Virus record (IMG/VR): IMGVR_UViG_3300047557_001530
Coordinates: 1-64,000 of that record
Length of the DNA: 64,000 nucleotides
Source of the DNA: a virus
Strand: one strand, 5' to 3'
This document shows, in pieces, positions 7,229 to 17,793 of this stretch (position 1 is its first letter; every line of letters starts with the position of its first letter). The translations under genes and the position numbers were made by a program. The notes under the pieces were generated by a model that worked only from the letters and a program-made list of their open reading frames with translations, did no database searches and was not told where the DNA came from.

Positions 7229-10200
7229 ATGGCGTCAAAAACGAGAAAAATTTCAGCCCTGATCGAGAATCAACTCCCAGGGTTTATCTCATCCGAATAC
7301 GAAAATTTTTCAAGATTTGTAGAGAAATACTACGAACAACTTGAGAATCAAGGACAGCCGCTGGATATTATTAACAATATCACAAAATATCGTGATATTG
7401 ACTTTTATGAGGAAAACTTACTCAAGCAATACACAACACTTGCTTTAAATTTAAATGCATCACAGACTACAATTGTTGTAGCTGATGCGACTTCATTCCC
7501 TAAGCAGAACGGTTATATTCGTATTGGGAATGAAATTTGTTTCTATCAAGAAAGAACAGACACAGAATTTAGATTTGTCTCTAGAGGAGTCAGTGGGAAT
7601 ACAACTCTAGGAGATCTTTATACCAAATCAGAATTTGTTACTACTCAAGCAGAATCTCATTTTGTAGGAGATCAAGTTTATAACGTCAGTAATTTATTCC
7701 TGTATGCTTTTGTAAAAAGCTTTGAATCCCAATACTTAGACTCTTTCCCAGAAAAATACTTAAAAGGAGAGGTTGATAAGAGAACTTTAATTAAAAATAT
7801 AAGTAAATTTTATAAGGCAAAGGGTACTGATAAGTCAATCAAATTTATTTTTAATTCGATTGTTTCTCGTACACCCAATGATATTCCAGAAGTTTTCTAT
7901 CCAAAAGATAGCACTATTCGTCCATCGACTTCAGATTGGGCAACAACCTATTCTTTAAAGGTCAAAATTCTTTCTGGATCTCCAGAGAATCTTATTGGAG
8001 AAAAATTAGAACAACTTCCTGATCCAACTAGACCAGAAGTAAAGTATGCATCTGGCTATATTGATAACATTATATTTAAAGGAAACGATACCTACGAGAT
8101 CATTCTAGATCCTGCAACAGTAAATGGATCATTTAATGTCATTTCCAGAACTAAATTAACATCAACATTAACTAGCACTAGAACTATTGGTGATAGAATT
8201 GATGTCGGCTCTACAATGGGCTGGAAATCATCTGGCAATCTTTTAATTGGCACCGAACAGTTTACATTCACAAATAAAAATGTAAACCAGTTTGTTATCG
8301 AATCTAGATCCGCTTCGCCTCAAACTCATCCAGTTGGAACAGATGTTTTTGGATTATTCCCTGTTAGAGCAAGACAAACATCATTTTTAATTCTTGGTGT
8401 TTTATACAACCTAAATTTAAAAAATGCTGCACCATATTCTGAGCTGGGCGATAAAATTCAAATTACAGAAGCTGGTGTTGAAAGTAGCAGCCCAATAATT
8501 TTCGATAGAAGAATTAGTGAAAATCGTTGGTTAATTAATGAAACTAACACAAGACCAACTGTTTACCAAAATCCTTCTGTCCAAGAAGCAATTGATGACT
8601 TAAATGCAGATGTTTCTGCAATTTATGAAGATGAACAGTATTTTTATATTTGTTCGTCAAGTTATCCTTCTCACAGAATTTTATCGGCTACTTTAGAGGA
8701 TCTACCAAAAGATCAAAAAGTTCTTCGCTTAATTAGAAAATTCCCAACTACCACTACAGAAGTATACGAAACCCCTGCTAGAGATGTTGGTATTTTTGTA
8801 AATGGAACTCCTGCTTATGGCTGCAAAGATGAAGAATACGTTTTATATGGAAATATCGTAAGTTCTGAAGTTACATACAAGGGATCTGGATACAAAAAAC
8901 CTCCTTATGTCTTAATTAATGAAACCCCAGGAAAGGCGTCAGCAAACGTCTCTGGGGAGGTTGTGGAGTCAATTGTAATTAATACTGACGAAATATACAC
9001 AACCACTCCTAAAGTTGTCATAACTGCAGGTAGAGGAGCAAAAGCAAGAGCTGTTGTGACTAATGGGGAAATTACTGATATTATTGTAGTAAATTCTGGA
9101 GAATACTATTCTTCTCCTCCTACAGTTAGAATTATAGATTTGGCAGGCAAAGGCAATTTTGCTGAATATAAAGCTAATGTATCTGAAAATGGTCAAGTAG
9201 TTGGATTTGAAGCAATTAATTTAGGTAAATTTTATACCCAAGCAAATGTTCAAGTTGAGTTAATTGAAGATGCTCAAGGAACGGAAGCAACTGCAAAAGT
9301 AGAAATCAGAAAATGGTATAAGAATAGATTTAAAAAATATCAAAACTTCTTAGACGATTCTTATGGTTATGTCTTTGCTGATTTTGCAACGAAAGATAAA
9401 TCTGAAAAAACACTAGGATACGGTTACGTTGGCAATCCAAGAAGGCTGCGTATTCAATTAAATGATAATTTAACCAGTAGTTTTACGGAACCTACTGAAA
9501 AAACACACTCTCCTATTATTGGATTTGCATATGATGGCAATCCAATATACGGTCCATTTGGATATACAAACCCACTAGATAATACGTCAGAAGTAATAAG
9601 ATTGGCCAGTGGGTACGAATTAAAAGAATCAAGATCTGGAGGTCCATCTACAAGTCAATATCCTCTAGGTACTTTTGTAGATGACTATGTATGGATTCCA
9701 AGAGCTACTTCTGATAAATCTTATCTTGATGAAAATAACGGTAGATTTTGTGTAACACCAGATTATCCAGAAGGAACGTATGCTTACTTTTTAACTATTA
9801 ATTTATTCAATCAACCAGTTTTTCCATATATTCTCGGTAAAAATTATTATTCATTGCCAGTGGATTCAAATTATAATTCTGCGATTAATCAAAATGATCT
9901 TCCATTTAATGTAAAAAGATTAAGAACTAACTCTATTGAAAATAACGGAACAAGCACCATTGTCAAAATTAATAATATTACGACAGGAAATGTTTCTGAT
10001 GTAGATATTCAAGATTCTACAGATAATTTTGAAGTTGGATCATTTGTTAGAGTTAACGACACAAATACTGGAGGTCAAGGTGCCTCAGCTCTTGTTTCTG
10101 AAGTTAATGGTATTCCAGTTAATTTAATTGATTGTATCGAAAATAAAGTGTTAGAAATTGCATTATTAGAAAATGCGTTTCTTTTTGCTGGAGATATTAT

Positions 10201-13200
10201 TACTCAAGCAAATACTAATGCTACTGGAGAATTAATTGGAGATGTAGTTAATTCAAATCAACTTATTTTACAAAATGTTTCTGGCAATTTTAATAATATT
10301 GATTTAGTATCAGCAACTATTGATGTTGCTAATATTTTAGTTGATAAAAACTCTAATTTTACAAAAGATTTTGAAATTATTCAAACTGATAATGATGGAT
10401 CTACAATTGCTAGAGGTATTATTGTTGAATCTATAACCAATCAAAATTTAGTAAAAATTCGTGTGACATCTGGCCAATTTGCTGTTAATGATAATTATGT
10501 ACTAAAAAGTTCTAATTTGAATGACACTTTTGGAGCTAAAATTGTAACAGTATCTTCATTGAGCAAAAATCTCCAAGTCAATTTTATTGATGATAAAATT
10601 GCAATTGTAAACACTGATGGAGATCATAATTTAACTCTTGGCGATAAAGTTAATGTAAACATTGTTCCAGATGACACACAAACTCAAACCACATACTATG
10701 TAAGAAAAAGAATTTATCAAAGAGTTAAATTGAATGTTCCTACATTTAATACAACAATAGATGATAGTGGCATTGGAGCTTTTGAATATTTAAACGGAGG
10801 AGCAGATTACGAAACTGGCCAATATTTCAATGTAGAATTGGTATTTAAAGATTCTTCAAAAATTAGATCTACAGTTGGTGCCCCAGGAAATCCAAATAAC
10901 GCAAAAGCAACAATCACTGTTTCTAATATAAATGGTTCTGGTTATGGTAGAGTAACTAGTGTTGTTATTACTAACAAAGGCTTTGGATATAAAAAAGGAG
11001 ATATATTAACAGTTGTAGATGAAGATTTAAATAGAGATGAGGATAGCATATCTACTCAAAGATTAATTGTATCTGTAGATCACGTTGGGTTTTCTAAATC
11101 AAATACTTTATTACGTTTAACTAGTATTACTGGGTTGTCTGTTGATGATTTTCTCAAAATTGGATCCGAAATAGTAAAAGTAACAAACATAAACACAACA
11201 ACAAAAACCGCAACTGTTTTGAGAGGGCAACATTCAACAAGTATTGTTGATCATTATAATAATCAAACTGTAGAACTTTATGATAATCAATATCGATTTA
11301 ATTTCTCATTTCAAATATTAGGACAAGGATTTACTGATCCTTATGTGTTTGATTACGATAAAGAAACACAACTATTAACTGTAGTTTATAACTATGGGTT
11401 AACTACAAATATTAATACAATTAAAAAAGGAAATGTTTTTTATGATAATAGTGTTCCCCAAAAAATTGTCACTATCTCATCTGTCGAAAATCCAGAAGCA
11501 GATTTTCAGTTTGCGTTAGAAAATACAGACATAGCATTTAAATCAAATCCAATTATTGATATAACTAAGTATTACAAATATAAATTTGATACTAGTCATT
11601 TCTCAATGAGTGGTACTTATTTAGATTTTTCTCCAAGTTTTTCTTATAATATTTCGCCAATAGAAGTTCAATCTAATGATATAGAGCCAGGTCAACAGGA
11701 TTCTGCTATTTTTGTTAAATTTGGATTTAATAATACTTCATACACTGAAAGAAATATAACTATCGATCCAATTATCGATGATTATATTGTTGAAGTTGAA
11801 TTAATTGTTGAAGATGACTTCTTCTTAACAGAAAATATCTTAGAAGATAAGAATAATAAAAAAACAGAAACTAACTATCTAAAATATTATTACTTTGATA
11901 AATCAAAATCTTTAAAAACAAGAAATGGTTATTTAAGAATTGTAAATGATCCTCTCCAAGGCGAAAAAACAGTTTATTATACAACAAATAATAAATTTGT
12001 TTATAAGATAGATCAATATCCAAAATATGATGGAAAAGGATCTATAACTTATACAACGTCTTCTAAATTTGCAATTGGTTCAATAAGTAAAATTAAATTA
12101 GAAAATTCTGGAGAAAATTATTCAAGAATTCCTATTATATCTGGTGTTGATATCGCAAAAGAAAGTGAAGCCATTGTAAAAACTACGTATAATAATATCA
12201 AAAATTGTGTAGATTTTGTTGAGGTTTTGGATGGGGGAAAAAATTATTCTAAACCAAAAGCAGTTGTTGTTGATGGAGATGGATTTGGAGCGGAATTTTC
12301 TGTATTTTCACGAGATGGCAAAGTTCTTCAAGTTAATGTTATAAATGGAGGAAAAAATTATTCATATCCACCAACAGTAAAAATTATAGAATCTGATGTA
12401 AAATTATATTTTAAATCAGAAAATATTGGTATTCCTAGAAGTGTAGAAATTGTTGATAATGGTTTTAATTATCATTTAGACCAAACACTAGTATCAAATT
12501 ATACTTCCAACTTAGTTTTATTATTGAAAAACCATATTGATGATGCTTTTATGATTGGTGAGAAAATTATTCAAACCACTGTTGTTAATGGTCAAACTGT
12601 AGAAACAGCATATGGCTTTGTATCCAAGAACGGTTGGAGACCAGGAAGTAATATTCTACGTTTAGAAAATATTAGTGGCTCTTTTGATAATAAAATTCAA
12701 ATTCTTGGCGAAGTTAAGAGAAATACTGCAGACATTATCAGTATTTTAAATGCAGATTTTGATTCCGATATTAGAGGTTATTTTGATAATCTAGGAAAAT
12801 TTAATTCCGATAAAGGATATTTGAGTAGTTATTCTCAGAGACTGACAGACTCTTATTATTATCAGGATTATTCGTATGTAATTAAATCAAAAACTCCAAC
12901 CAATGTTTGGAGAGATTTAATTAAACAAACTACTCACCCCGCTGGATTTAAACTTTTCGGAGAAGTTTTAGTGGAATCTGAGGGCACTGTTACTATGCCT
13001 TCTGGTGAGTATGCCAATGCTGAGAAAATTAAAATTATTAACCTAGAATCTAAATTAGTAGAATTAAAAAATATTAAGAGACAAGTTACACAATCCGTTT
13101 TAAAATTCAATGATTTAAATGTAGAAAAAGGTATTGGTAGTGTTGCTCTTAATATTGAGTCTAATTCCGAAACAGTAGCAAGAGAACTAATTCTTGCTGC

Positions 13201-15853
13201 TCCTTTTAATGGAGATTTTGATCCATTTAATGGTCAATTAATAGGAACAAAAACTTTCACATTATTGGAAAAGGAAACCAACTTGCCTTATGCACCATAC
13301 AATAATCAACAATTGATTATAACATTGGATGGTGTTATGCAAGAGCCAGGTGTTTCATATAAAGTTGTGGGGAATCAAATTACTTTTGCAGAACCTCCTT
13401 TTGGAGAAAGAATTGCTGAAGGACAAGTAGTTCCTGGCCAAAGATTTTATTGTAGATCTATTAAATTTAAAAACAATGACTTAAATCAAAGATATTTAAG
13501 AAAATTAAAAACATTATCAACTGAATTTGATGGTGTTACTAAAGTTTTTGATCTGTATTATGAAAATGGAGACATTGTTAAAACTGATATTAGAGAAAAT
13601 TTACTAGTTACATTAAACGGTGTTTTACAAAAGTCTAGAGAGTTTGCTAATAATCCTTTTGGAAATTCTTATCACATTATAAGAAATCCTGATCCAAACA
13701 TTACGGACAAAATAGAATTTTCACAGGCACCAATTAATCACGAAGATTTGTATGAGAATATCAATACAGAATTAAATGGTACAGAAAAATGTTTCATTTA
13801 TGGAGTAGGAAACTACAAGAGATTGTCTATTGATTCTCGTCAAATTCCAGCTAAAGCAAATGGGCCATTTTTACTGTATAATGAAGTCTCCAGAACTATC
13901 GAAAAAGTAGAAGATAGTAGATACGCACTCGTTTATATTGATGGTGTTCTCCAGATTGAAGGAGAATCATATGAAATTATTGGTTCTACTATAACATTTA
14001 GAAAGCCACTGACATACTATATTGCTGAAAGTGGAGAGACTGTATTACCTGATGTTTCAGTGATTGTATTCTATGGAAGAGACATCTTCCAAGGTCTTAC
14101 TATGTTTGATTTTGAGCCAGATGTTTATTATAACATCATCAAATTTAATCTTCAGGGAACTGATATATTTGGAACTATAAAAAATCTTGAAGTTCTCCCA
14201 AATAAAATGTTAAGTACTCAAAATATTTGGTTATACCAAAATGAGTATTTGCTTGGGGAATTAAAAGAAATAAAAGCACTTTCAAATGATGAAGTTGAGT
14301 TGACTGTAGTTAATACAAAAAATTTAATTAACGATCAATTTACAACAGATAATTTAACTTTCTTAATTAACCGAGAACAAATTAAAGAACTCACAGGTGA
14401 TTATAGTATTTCATATGTTTATTCTTACGATGAAGATGGGAATCGTCTTTTAAAAGCAAAATCAAATGCTCCTATTTGGCTATACAATACAAAATTAGGA
14501 CAAGAAATAGAAGAAACAAAGAGATACAGAAAAATTTCTAATATAGTTCCAGGAGATTTTATTAAAGTTGATGGCGAAAATGAATATAGACAAGTATTTT
14601 CCGTGCCATACGAAGCAAAAACAAGAAATTTCCTAGAAGGAGAAATTCCTTCGCAGGAAATATATGCTACAGTTTCTTGCTCAAATTATAATGGTATTAC
14701 TAGAGGCGAAGGATTAAGTATTGGTGCCGAAATTTTTGGTGGCGAGGTTGTATCGCTGAAGTGGAATAAGAGAGAATTAGAATTATATCTAAAAAATAAT
14801 ATTTTAGTTCAGCCAACTGCATATCAATATTATACAAATCCTGTAATCAAATTTATTCCAGTTGATGGTAATGGTGGTGGAGCTAGAGCCGAAGTAATTA
14901 TTTGTAATGGTCAAGTATTGGATGTAATTCTTTTAGATGGTGGATCTGGTTATACTTCAGAACCAAAAGTTGTTGTATCAAGAAGATTTAGTATTATAAA
15001 GAAAAATTCAAGAAAAATACAATCTCATCTTGCTTTACTTCAAATTATTCCCAAATTAAATCTAAACTTCTCAGTAATATCTCAGATACAAGTCAAGCAA
15101 GATGATGATAATGTAGTTTACATTTTTGATATTATATCATTTACACAAGATTTTGATATTAACACAAATATTATTAATCATATTTGGCCAGTTCCTAAAG
15201 AAGTAAGAATTACAAATCCAGATAGAACTGTATTAACTTATATTTTAGCATCTCTAGGATCATTTGAAAGTATTGTTACTAGCAAAACAAATATTACCAA
15301 TAGATTAGAAATACCCGTAAAGAATATTTCTATTGAAAGACTTGATAAACAACTTGAAAAAACTGTGTTTGTTGGTACAGTTGACAAAGTACTTGATGGA
15401 AATTATATCCCTGGATATTACAGTCAGGATATTTTAGGCAATAGACTTGCTGTATATGAAACTGCTAAATTTATTGATACAGGATATTCTGATGTATCCA
15501 AACTAACAATAGAAGAATTTAGTTTAATCTATCCAGATTCTATTATTCAAGATTTTGATATTGGAGGAACTACCAAAATTACTGCCAATCCAAAGAATAC
15601 ATTCAATCTTTATTATAGTTCTATTCAGGAATTTGGTGCTTATCTTGACATTGAATTATCAGAAGAAGATAATACTGTTTATATTGCCAATACTTCTAGA
15701 TTCCCATCCCGTGGAAAAATTCTTATCGGCAAAGAAATTATTTACTATGAAAATAAATTAGCTGATCGTTTTCTCTTTGTTTCTAGAGGATGGGATGGAA
15801 CTAAAGCAACATCTCACCCAGCTGGACAATATATTAGAACGATACCACAATAA
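7229..15853 (+). CDS. gp7: Baseplate wedge initiator gp7-like (2874 aa)
   Basis: QLPGFI..EY..F..F...YYE, FYKAKGT, DSYYYQDYSY..KS...THPAG motifs, plus a YHYH-like HSPIIGFAYDG domain; lies between gp6 and gp8. Confidence 0.85.
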   Translation: MASKTRKISALIENQLPGFISSEYENFSRFVEKYYEQLENQGQPLDIINNITKYRDIDFYEENLLKQYTTLALNLNASQTTIVVADATSFPKQNGYIRIGNEICFYQERTDTEFRFVSRGVSGNTTLGDLYTKSEFVTTQAESHFVGDQVYNVSNLFLYAFVKSFESQYLDSFPEKYLKGEVDKRTLIKNISKFYKAKGTDKSIKFIFNSIVSRTPNDIPEVFYPKDSTIRPSTSDWATTYSLKVKILSGSPENLIGEKLEQLPDPTRPEVKYASGYIDNIIFKGNDTYEIILDPATVNGSFNVISRTKLTSTLTSTRTIGDRIDVGSTMGWKSSGNLLIGTEQFTFTNKNVNQFVIESRSASPQTHPVGTDVFGLFPVRARQTSFLILGVLYNLNLKNAAPYSELGDKIQITEAGVESSSPIIFDRRISENRWLINETNTRPTVYQNPSVQEAIDDLNADVSAIYEDEQYFYICSSSYPSHRILSATLEDLPKDQKVLRLIRKFPTTTTEVYETPARDVGIFVNGTPAYGCKDEEYVLYGNIVSSEVTYKGSGYKKPPYVLINETPGKASANVSGEVVESIVINTDEIYTTTPKVVITAGRGAKARAVVTNGEITDIIVVNSGEYYSSPPTVRIIDLAGKGNFAEYKANVSENGQVVGFEAINLGKFYTQANVQVELIEDAQGTEATAKVEIRKWYKNRFKKYQNFLDDSYGYVFADFATKDKSEKTLGYGYVGNPRRLRIQLNDNLTSSFTEPTEKTHSPIIGFAYDGNPIYGPFGYTNPLDNTSEVIRLASGYELKESRSGGPSTSQYPLGTFVDDYVWIPRATSDKSYLDENNGRFCVTPDYPEGTYAYFLTINLFNQPVFPYILGKNYYSLPVDSNYNSAINQNDLPFNVKRLRTNSIENNGTSTIVKINNITTGNVSDVDIQDSTDNFEVGSFVRVNDTNTGGQGASALVSEVNGIPVNLIDCIENKVLEIALLENAFLFAGDIITQANTNATGELIGDVVNSNQLILQNVSGNFNNIDLVSATIDVANILVDKNSNFTKDFEIIQTDNDGSTIARGIIVESITNQNLVKIRVTSGQFAVNDNYVLKSSNLNDTFGAKIVTVSSLSKNLQVNFIDDKIAIVNTDGDHNLTLGDKVNVNIVPDDTQTQTTYYVRKRIYQRVKLNVPTFNTTIDDSGIGAFEYLNGGADYETGQYFNVELVFKDSSKIRSTVGAPGNPNNAKATITVSNINGSGYGRVTSVVITNKGFGYKKGDILTVVDEDLNRDEDSISTQRLIVSVDHVGFSKSNTLLRLTSITGLSVDDFLKIGSEIVKVTNINTTTKTATVLRGQHSTSIVDHYNNQTVELYDNQYRFNFSFQILGQGFTDPYVFDYDKETQLLTVVYNYGLTTNINTIKKGNVFYDNSVPQKIVTISSVENPEADFQFALENTDIAFKSNPIIDITKYYKYKFDTSHFSMSGTYLDFSPSFSYNISPIEVQSNDIEPGQQDSAIFVKFGFNNTSYTERNITIDPIIDDYIVEVELIVEDDFFLTENILEDKNNKKTETNYLKYYYFDKSKSLKTRNGYLRIVNDPLQGEKTVYYTTNNKFVYKIDQYPKYDGKGSITYTTSSKFAIGSISKIKLENSGENYSRIPIISGVDIAKESEAIVKTTYNNIKNCVDFVEVLDGGKNYSKPKAVVVDGDGFGAEFSVFSRDGKVLQVNVINGGKNYSYPPTVKIIESDVKLYFKSENIGIPRSVEIVDNGFNYHLDQTLVSNYTSNLVLLLKNHIDDAFMIGEKIIQTTVVNGQTVETAYGFVSKNGWRPGSNILRLENISGSFDNKIQILGEVKRNTADIISILNADFDSDIRGYFDNLGKFNSDKGYLSSYSQRLTDSYYYQDYSYVIKSKTPTNVWRDLIKQTTHPAGFKLFGEVLVESEGTVTMPSGEYANAEKIKIINLESKLVELKNIKRQVTQSVLKFNDLNVEKGIGSVALNIESNSETVARELILAAPFNGDFDPFNGQLIGTKTFTLLEKETNLPYAPYNNQQLIITLDGVMQEPGVSYKVVGNQITFAEPPFGERIAEGQVVPGQRFYCRSIKFKNNDLNQRYLRKLKTLSTEFDGVTKVFDLYYENGDIVKTDIRENLLVTLNGVLQKSREFANNPFGNSYHIIRNPDPNITDKIEFSQAPINHEDLYENINTELNGTEKCFIYGVGNYKRLSIDSRQIPAKANGPFLLYNEVSRTIEKVEDSRYALVYIDGVLQIEGESYEIIGSTITFRKPLTYYIAESGETVLPDVSVIVFYGRDIFQGLTMFDFEPDVYYNIIKFNLQGTDIFGTIKNLEVLPNKMLSTQNIWLYQNEYLLGELKEIKALSNDEVELTVVNTKNLINDQFTTDNLTFLINREQIKELTGDYSISYVYSYDEDGNRLLKAKSNAPIWLYNTKLGQEIEETKRYRKISNIVPGDFIKVDGENEYRQVFSVPYEAKTRNFLEGEIPSQEIYATVSCSNYNGITRGEGLSIGAEIFGGEVVSLKWNKRELELYLKNNILVQPTAYQYYTNPVIKFIPVDGNGGGARAEVIICNGQVLDVILLDGGSGYTSEPKVVVSRRFSIIKKNSRKIQSHLALLQIIPKLNLNFSVISQIQVKQDDDNVVYIFDIISFTQDFDINTNIINHIWPVPKEVRITNPDRTVLTYILASLGSFESIVTSKTNITNRLEIPVKNISIERLDKQLEKTVFVGTVDKVLDGNYIPGYYSQDILGNRLAVYETAKFIDTGYSDVSKLTIEEFSLIYPDSIIQDFDIGGTTKITANPKNTFNLYYSSIQEFGAYLDIELSEEDNTVYIANTSRFPSRGKILIGKEIIYYENKLADRFLFVSRGWDGTKATSHPAGQYIRTIPQ

Positions 15854-15854
15854 A

Positions 15855-15868
15855 TATAAATATAAATA
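15855..15868 (+). promoter_or_regulatory. Tandem T4 late promoters
   Basis: Two overlapping TATAAATA (15855-15862 and 15861-15868) before gp8. Confidence 0.8.
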
Positions 15869-15897
15869 ACTCAGAAAAATAAGAAGAGATTTTTTAA

Positions 15898-17760
15898 ATG
15901 GCTGCTATAATCTCAGATAAATTTAGAATTTTTAATGCTCAGCAATTTTTGAATTCGCTAGGCGATGACTATTATGATGATAATACTCTGGAGCTTGAAG
16001 CTGGTCCAGATGATGAACTAACTAGAATGTATTTTTTCGTTGGGAGACCCCAACGTTGGGATGCATATCTAGAAATTTATAATACAAATACAGTTGCCTT
16101 TGAAGTCAATGACTTTGTATACACAGGAACTTCATTTGCAAATGCTAATTTTAAAGCTTCCGTAAAAAGAATCAATGAAAACAGTTTAGTTTTAGCGAAC
16201 ATTGGTCCTACGTTATCTTCTGCTCCTGCTTTAGGTTCTCTTCTAAAAGGCTGGAATGGCACAGTAAATACAGGTGCAGAGGCTTTAACTGGCGTATATC
16301 GTTACGGCAATGAAGAGCTTCCACCAGTTCCATATGACAACCAGAAAGAAAAGTATGACATTTATGATGATATTGTAGCAGCCAAAAGAATCACTACAAA
16401 ATATGCAAGGTCTGTAATTAGACGTTATAACTGGAACGTAATTGCAAACCCTAAATTTGATATGTGGAAGCCTGATTATTCTCCGTCAACAGATGGATTT
16501 CAGACAGGTAAGCAAACTGCAACTGGTGCCGCATCTCTTTACGAAGGAAAGTATTACGTAATTAACTCAGAATACGAAGTCTTCAAATGTCTTTATAATG
16601 GAGAATCGCCAGCATTCCCAACTGGAAGACAAGCAACATATGAGCCAAAAACTCTCCCTGGAGCTGGTCAGGGTACTTTCTCGGCTGGTATCTTTAGAGA
16701 GCCTGCAGGAACTGGCGAGTACATCTGGAAGTACATGTACACTGTTTCTACAGATGATGTTTTAAAATTTGTTTCTACTGATTTTATTCCCATTGCAGCG
16801 AGAACAAATCCATCTAGATTAGTTACAGAAGCTGCTGCAATCGATGGAGCTATTGATGTAGTACTTATAGAAAATGCAGGATCAAATCTTCCAAATGGAG
16901 ATTTATATGCACCAATTATTGGTGATGGAACTGGAGGAATTGTAAAAATTACTGTTTCTGGTGGTTCTATTACTAAAGCTACAATTGAAGAAAGAGGACA
17001 AGGTTATACTTATGCATCAATTCCCCTCGTAAATGGCACTGGAAGCGAAGAAACTGCATATGGTCTATTTACTAATGATACTCTTTTAACACCTGTTACA
17101 ACCGTTGGTTCTAACGCTACAGGAGCACTTGAGGTTGTTATTCCTCCTCAAGGTGGTCATGGTTCCAATATGGAGCAAGAGTTAAATGGTAAGCGTGTAA
17201 TGTTAAATATTCGTCTTACCTATGACGAAGGTTCGGGTGATTTTCCAGTAGATAACGATTTCAGAAGAATTGGTATTCTAAGAGATCCTGTAATCAACGG
17301 AACTACGAATTTAGCTACTGCTAATACACTTTCAGGTTTATACGCATTGAAAATTGAAGGTGCTACGGCAGATTATCAACCAGATGAAATCATCTCTCAA
17401 ACGGTAGATGGCGGAACTGCATATGGTACTGTTGTATCTTGGACTTTAGATGCAGATAGTACTACAGATGGAGTTTTAAAGTATATTCAAAACCCAGAAA
17501 ATCATACTGATAGCGGTGTTGTTAGACCTTTTGAAGCCAACCCAGCGAATGCTATTGTTGGTGAATTGTCTGCCGCTTCTGGCACTGTAGACACTGCTTT
17601 AGCTGATGGAACAGTTATTTTAGGTTGCACATTTAATAATGGTGCATCAGTTCCAGAAATTAAAAATAACTCTGGAGAAATCATATACATAGAGAATAGA
17701 AGAACGATCACAAGGGCTCCTGACCAAATTGAAGATATCAAATTAGTTATTGAGTTCTGA
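15898..17760 (+). CDS. gp8: Baseplate wedge subunit gp8
   Basis: MAAIISDKFRIFNA, VFKCLYN, YIWKYMY and ENR..ITRA.DQ.EDIKLVIEF motifs. Confidence 0.93.
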   Translation: MAAIISDKFRIFNAQQFLNSLGDDYYDDNTLELEAGPDDELTRMYFFVGRPQRWDAYLEIYNTNTVAFEVNDFVYTGTSFANANFKASVKRINENSLVLANIGPTLSSAPALGSLLKGWNGTVNTGAEALTGVYRYGNEELPPVPYDNQKEKYDIYDDIVAAKRITTKYARSVIRRYNWNVIANPKFDMWKPDYSPSTDGFQTGKQTATGAASLYEGKYYVINSEYEVFKCLYNGESPAFPTGRQATYEPKTLPGAGQGTFSAGIFREPAGTGEYIWKYMYTVSTDDVLKFVSTDFIPIAARTNPSRLVTEAAAIDGAIDVVLIENAGSNLPNGDLYAPIIGDGTGGIVKITVSGGSITKATIEERGQGYTYASIPLVNGTGSEETAYGLFTNDTLLTPVTTVGSNATGALEVVIPPQGGHGSNMEQELNGKRVMLNIRLTYDEGSGDFPVDNDFRRIGILRDPVINGTTNLATANTLSGLYALKIEGATADYQPDEIISQTVDGGTAYGTVVSWTLDADSTTDGVLKYIQNPENHTDSGVVRPFEANPANAIVGELSAASGTVDTALADGTVILGCTFNNGASVPEIKNNSGEIIYIENRRTITRAPDQIEDIKLVIEF

Positions 17761-17793
17761 TTGTTAAAATCCAAAATTAGTTAGAAATTTACG